A stretch of 64,000 nucleotides of DNA from Mobula hypostoma (taxonomy: Eukaryota). The first letter of the stretch is position 1. Every line of letters begins with the position of its first letter. The position numbers and the translations under genes are program-made. The notes below the pieces were generated by a model. That model did not search any database. It was not told the origin of the DNA and saw nothing but the letters and a program-made list of their open reading frames with translations. The stretch is taken from the NCBI RefSeq assembly GCF_963921235.1, contig NC_086097.1, forward strand, positions 221,590,001 to 221,654,000, in the 5' to 3' direction. This document shows, one piece after another, positions 61,679 to 64,000 of the stretch.

Positions 61679-63244
61679 ATAACATCCTTAACGAACCTGA
61701 AGCAGTACACTGTAATAAGTAATAATATACAATAATAATTTGTTTCTAGTATCATATTTACAGAAACACAAGGAGCAGAAGTGTAAACCATGTATCATCC
61801 CAGACTGAAGGAGCAGGCCAGTTTCCCTTCCTAGTTATGAATTTGTTGTACTGTGTTCTGCCAGAATTATGAGGAACTAAATAGTGTCTGGCAGCTGCAA
61901 TTATAGATGATTTTAATCTTCTTAATTCCACCTCTCAGTGTTATTTATGGGTTCAAACATGTCACACAAAATTTGGTACTAAGGGGACATGAACACAAAA
62001 TTTGTTCATTAATGATGAGAGTGTTATCAATATTCAATGGCTGATACTTAATAGTGAGATGAAGAAACATAGCCTGCTAAATACATTCAGTCATTCGCAC
62101 AAACTGAATGAATTAGCTTTGACTGAGCACTCGATGAAACTAGCCAGCAATAATCAAAACATTAGACTGTGGAGGAAGAGTCATTCATTACCCTAAATCA
62201 CTGTTAGAGGTCACACAGAAAGTTTTGGGAGGTTCATGGTAACTTTGATGGAATAGGTCAGAGAGCAACATTTGGACTTTATATCACAGGTCTGGCTGTT
62301 GTGGTCAATGAGATGGAGAAAGGGGGTGGGGAGAGGTCAAATGTCCAGACATTCAGGAAGCCATTAATTTCTGTTATGAAGTGACAGTGGGAAAGAGGTC
62401 AATATTAACAATGAAGCAATTACCCAATCATTACCTTCACAATTGCATCTCAGTCTTAACATCAGTATGCTTCACTGTATCTTCATACATATGTTTACCA
62501 ATTGTTGAGAAACAGGAGTTGTTGATGTATTCATCAAACATTTTTATTCTACATTTATAACATCATCTTAGTGGTTTACTCTTGCCATTACACAATTCTC
62601 ACTGATCTCCCATTATGGAAGTGAGCGGCTTTCTAGACTACCTTTAGTATTCTCGAGGACAGGGTACTGGCCATTACAAGAATAGCTGCTATAGAACTTA
62701 TGGCCAACAGTGGGATGGAGGTCACAGAAAGTGACAGAATGTTAATTTCTAGTTTTTTTCCCATTGTCTCATGAGATGATTTCTTCTGATTTCCAAAATC
62801 TACATGGTATTATCTTTCACTTTCAAATATTTCTTCTTTCCAATGTCCAAGAACTCCCATCTGACCAAGCCCTGGATCTTAAGCAATAATGGACTGATTT
62901 CAATCTGATGCTCATGGGAATTGCTCCTATGCTAGATTTCTGCACACTGTAGAATGTAGTTGGGTTGTGGGATTAGCACCTGGTGAGCAACTGCATCTCT
63001 GGGGAATGGACAAGATTGATCCAGGTTCCACCTCCTAAGATTGTTACATGCACCATCTGTTCCCCAAGACTCAGATAAGGATTCAGATAATCTGCCGAAT
63101 CTGAAGGATTATCTGAAGGATTCAGATAAAGGCAGAGTGATGATCATAAGCATTGAATAGTTTAAGGCATTGGCAACCTGCTTGAAAGCCTGTGAGAAAT
63201 TTCAGGAAGAATAGAAGGGTGCACCTCTCACGGTGAATTTCTCA

Positions 63245-63639
63245 TAATCATAGTCATACTTTATTGATCCCGGGGGAAATTGGTTTTCATTACAGTTGCA
63301 CAATAAATAATTAAATAGTAATAAAACCATAAATAATTACATAGTAATATGTAAATTATGCCAGGAAATAAGTCCAGGACCAGCCTATTGGCTCAGGGTG
63401 TCTGACCCTCCAAGAGAGGAGTTGTAAAGTTTGATGGCCACAGGCAGGAATGACTTCCTATGACGCTCAGTGTTGCATCTCGGTGGAATGAGTCTCTGGC
63501 TGAATGTACTCCTGTACCCAACCAGTACATTATGTAGTGGATGGGAGACATTGTCCAAGATGGCATGCAACTTGGACAGCATCCTCTTTTCAGACACCAC
63601 CGTCAGAGAGTCCAGTTCCATCCCCACAACATCACTGGC
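63245..63639 (-). mobile_element. Rex1/Babar 3' fragment
   Basis: ORF 63385-63627 is near-identical to the C-terminus of ORF 22438-23034. Confidence 0.9.
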
Positions 63640-64000
63640 TTCTCACATTGAAGCTTGTATTTTTTTGCAGCTTGGAAATGATAAGTAACTCCATTTCACC
63701 ATTTTCGGGTTGGGCAATTTATTAATCCTGTACTCCAAGCTCATTTTAACTGCTGCATTTCCAGGATAATTCATAGTCATTGCTGGAGCTGGTCACAGTC
63801 GAATTCTCTTGCCTGGAAGAACTCCATACACTACTACAGAGTGAGCAATCCAGGAATGGCTGTACAGTTGTTCTCTTTCTGAAGCAGGTGAAAGGATTTG
63901 TTGACTACATCCTTAGAGAGGCTTAGTCTCTGTACATATTTCTCTCCAGAGAGATGCATAAATCCATTCAGGATTGGCCTTCCAGAATTATTGAAAAGGA

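Noticed and set aside
1..64000. CRISPR arrays, operons, rRNA or other prokaryotic systems
   Set aside because: No repeat-spacer arrays, no gene-dense organisation and no rRNA; the sequence is vertebrate-type repetitive DNA.

Overview
This is eukaryotic, AT-rich, repeat-dense DNA with no recognisable host protein-coding gene. The repeat families (CR1 LINEs, V-SINE/HE1-type SINEs, Penelope-like tails) point to a cartilaginous fish, probably a ray or shark; this is an inference. Most of the window is nested, decayed transposable elements: many CR1 and Rex1/Babar LINE fragments, plus RTE, L1/Tx1-like, Nimb/I-like and Penelope-like (PLE) pieces. There are two Gypsy LTR elements. One is a 2.46-kb element with both LTRs, a 5-bp TSD and only gag plus integrase; the other is a decayed CsRn1-type element. 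DNA transposon remnants include two Chapaev3-like copies, a non-autonomous hAT and a 79-bp hAT MITE. Almost all listed ORFs are TE fragments or spurious. The most notable non-coding signals are minimal hammerhead-ribozyme motifs in PLE tails (one apparently intact at 52665-52702, minus strand) and a repeat-poor block at about 49.2-52.0 kb with candidate minus-strand exons and regulatory motifs. I found no convincing evidence of a wholly new biological system. Family names come from motif recognition, not database searches.
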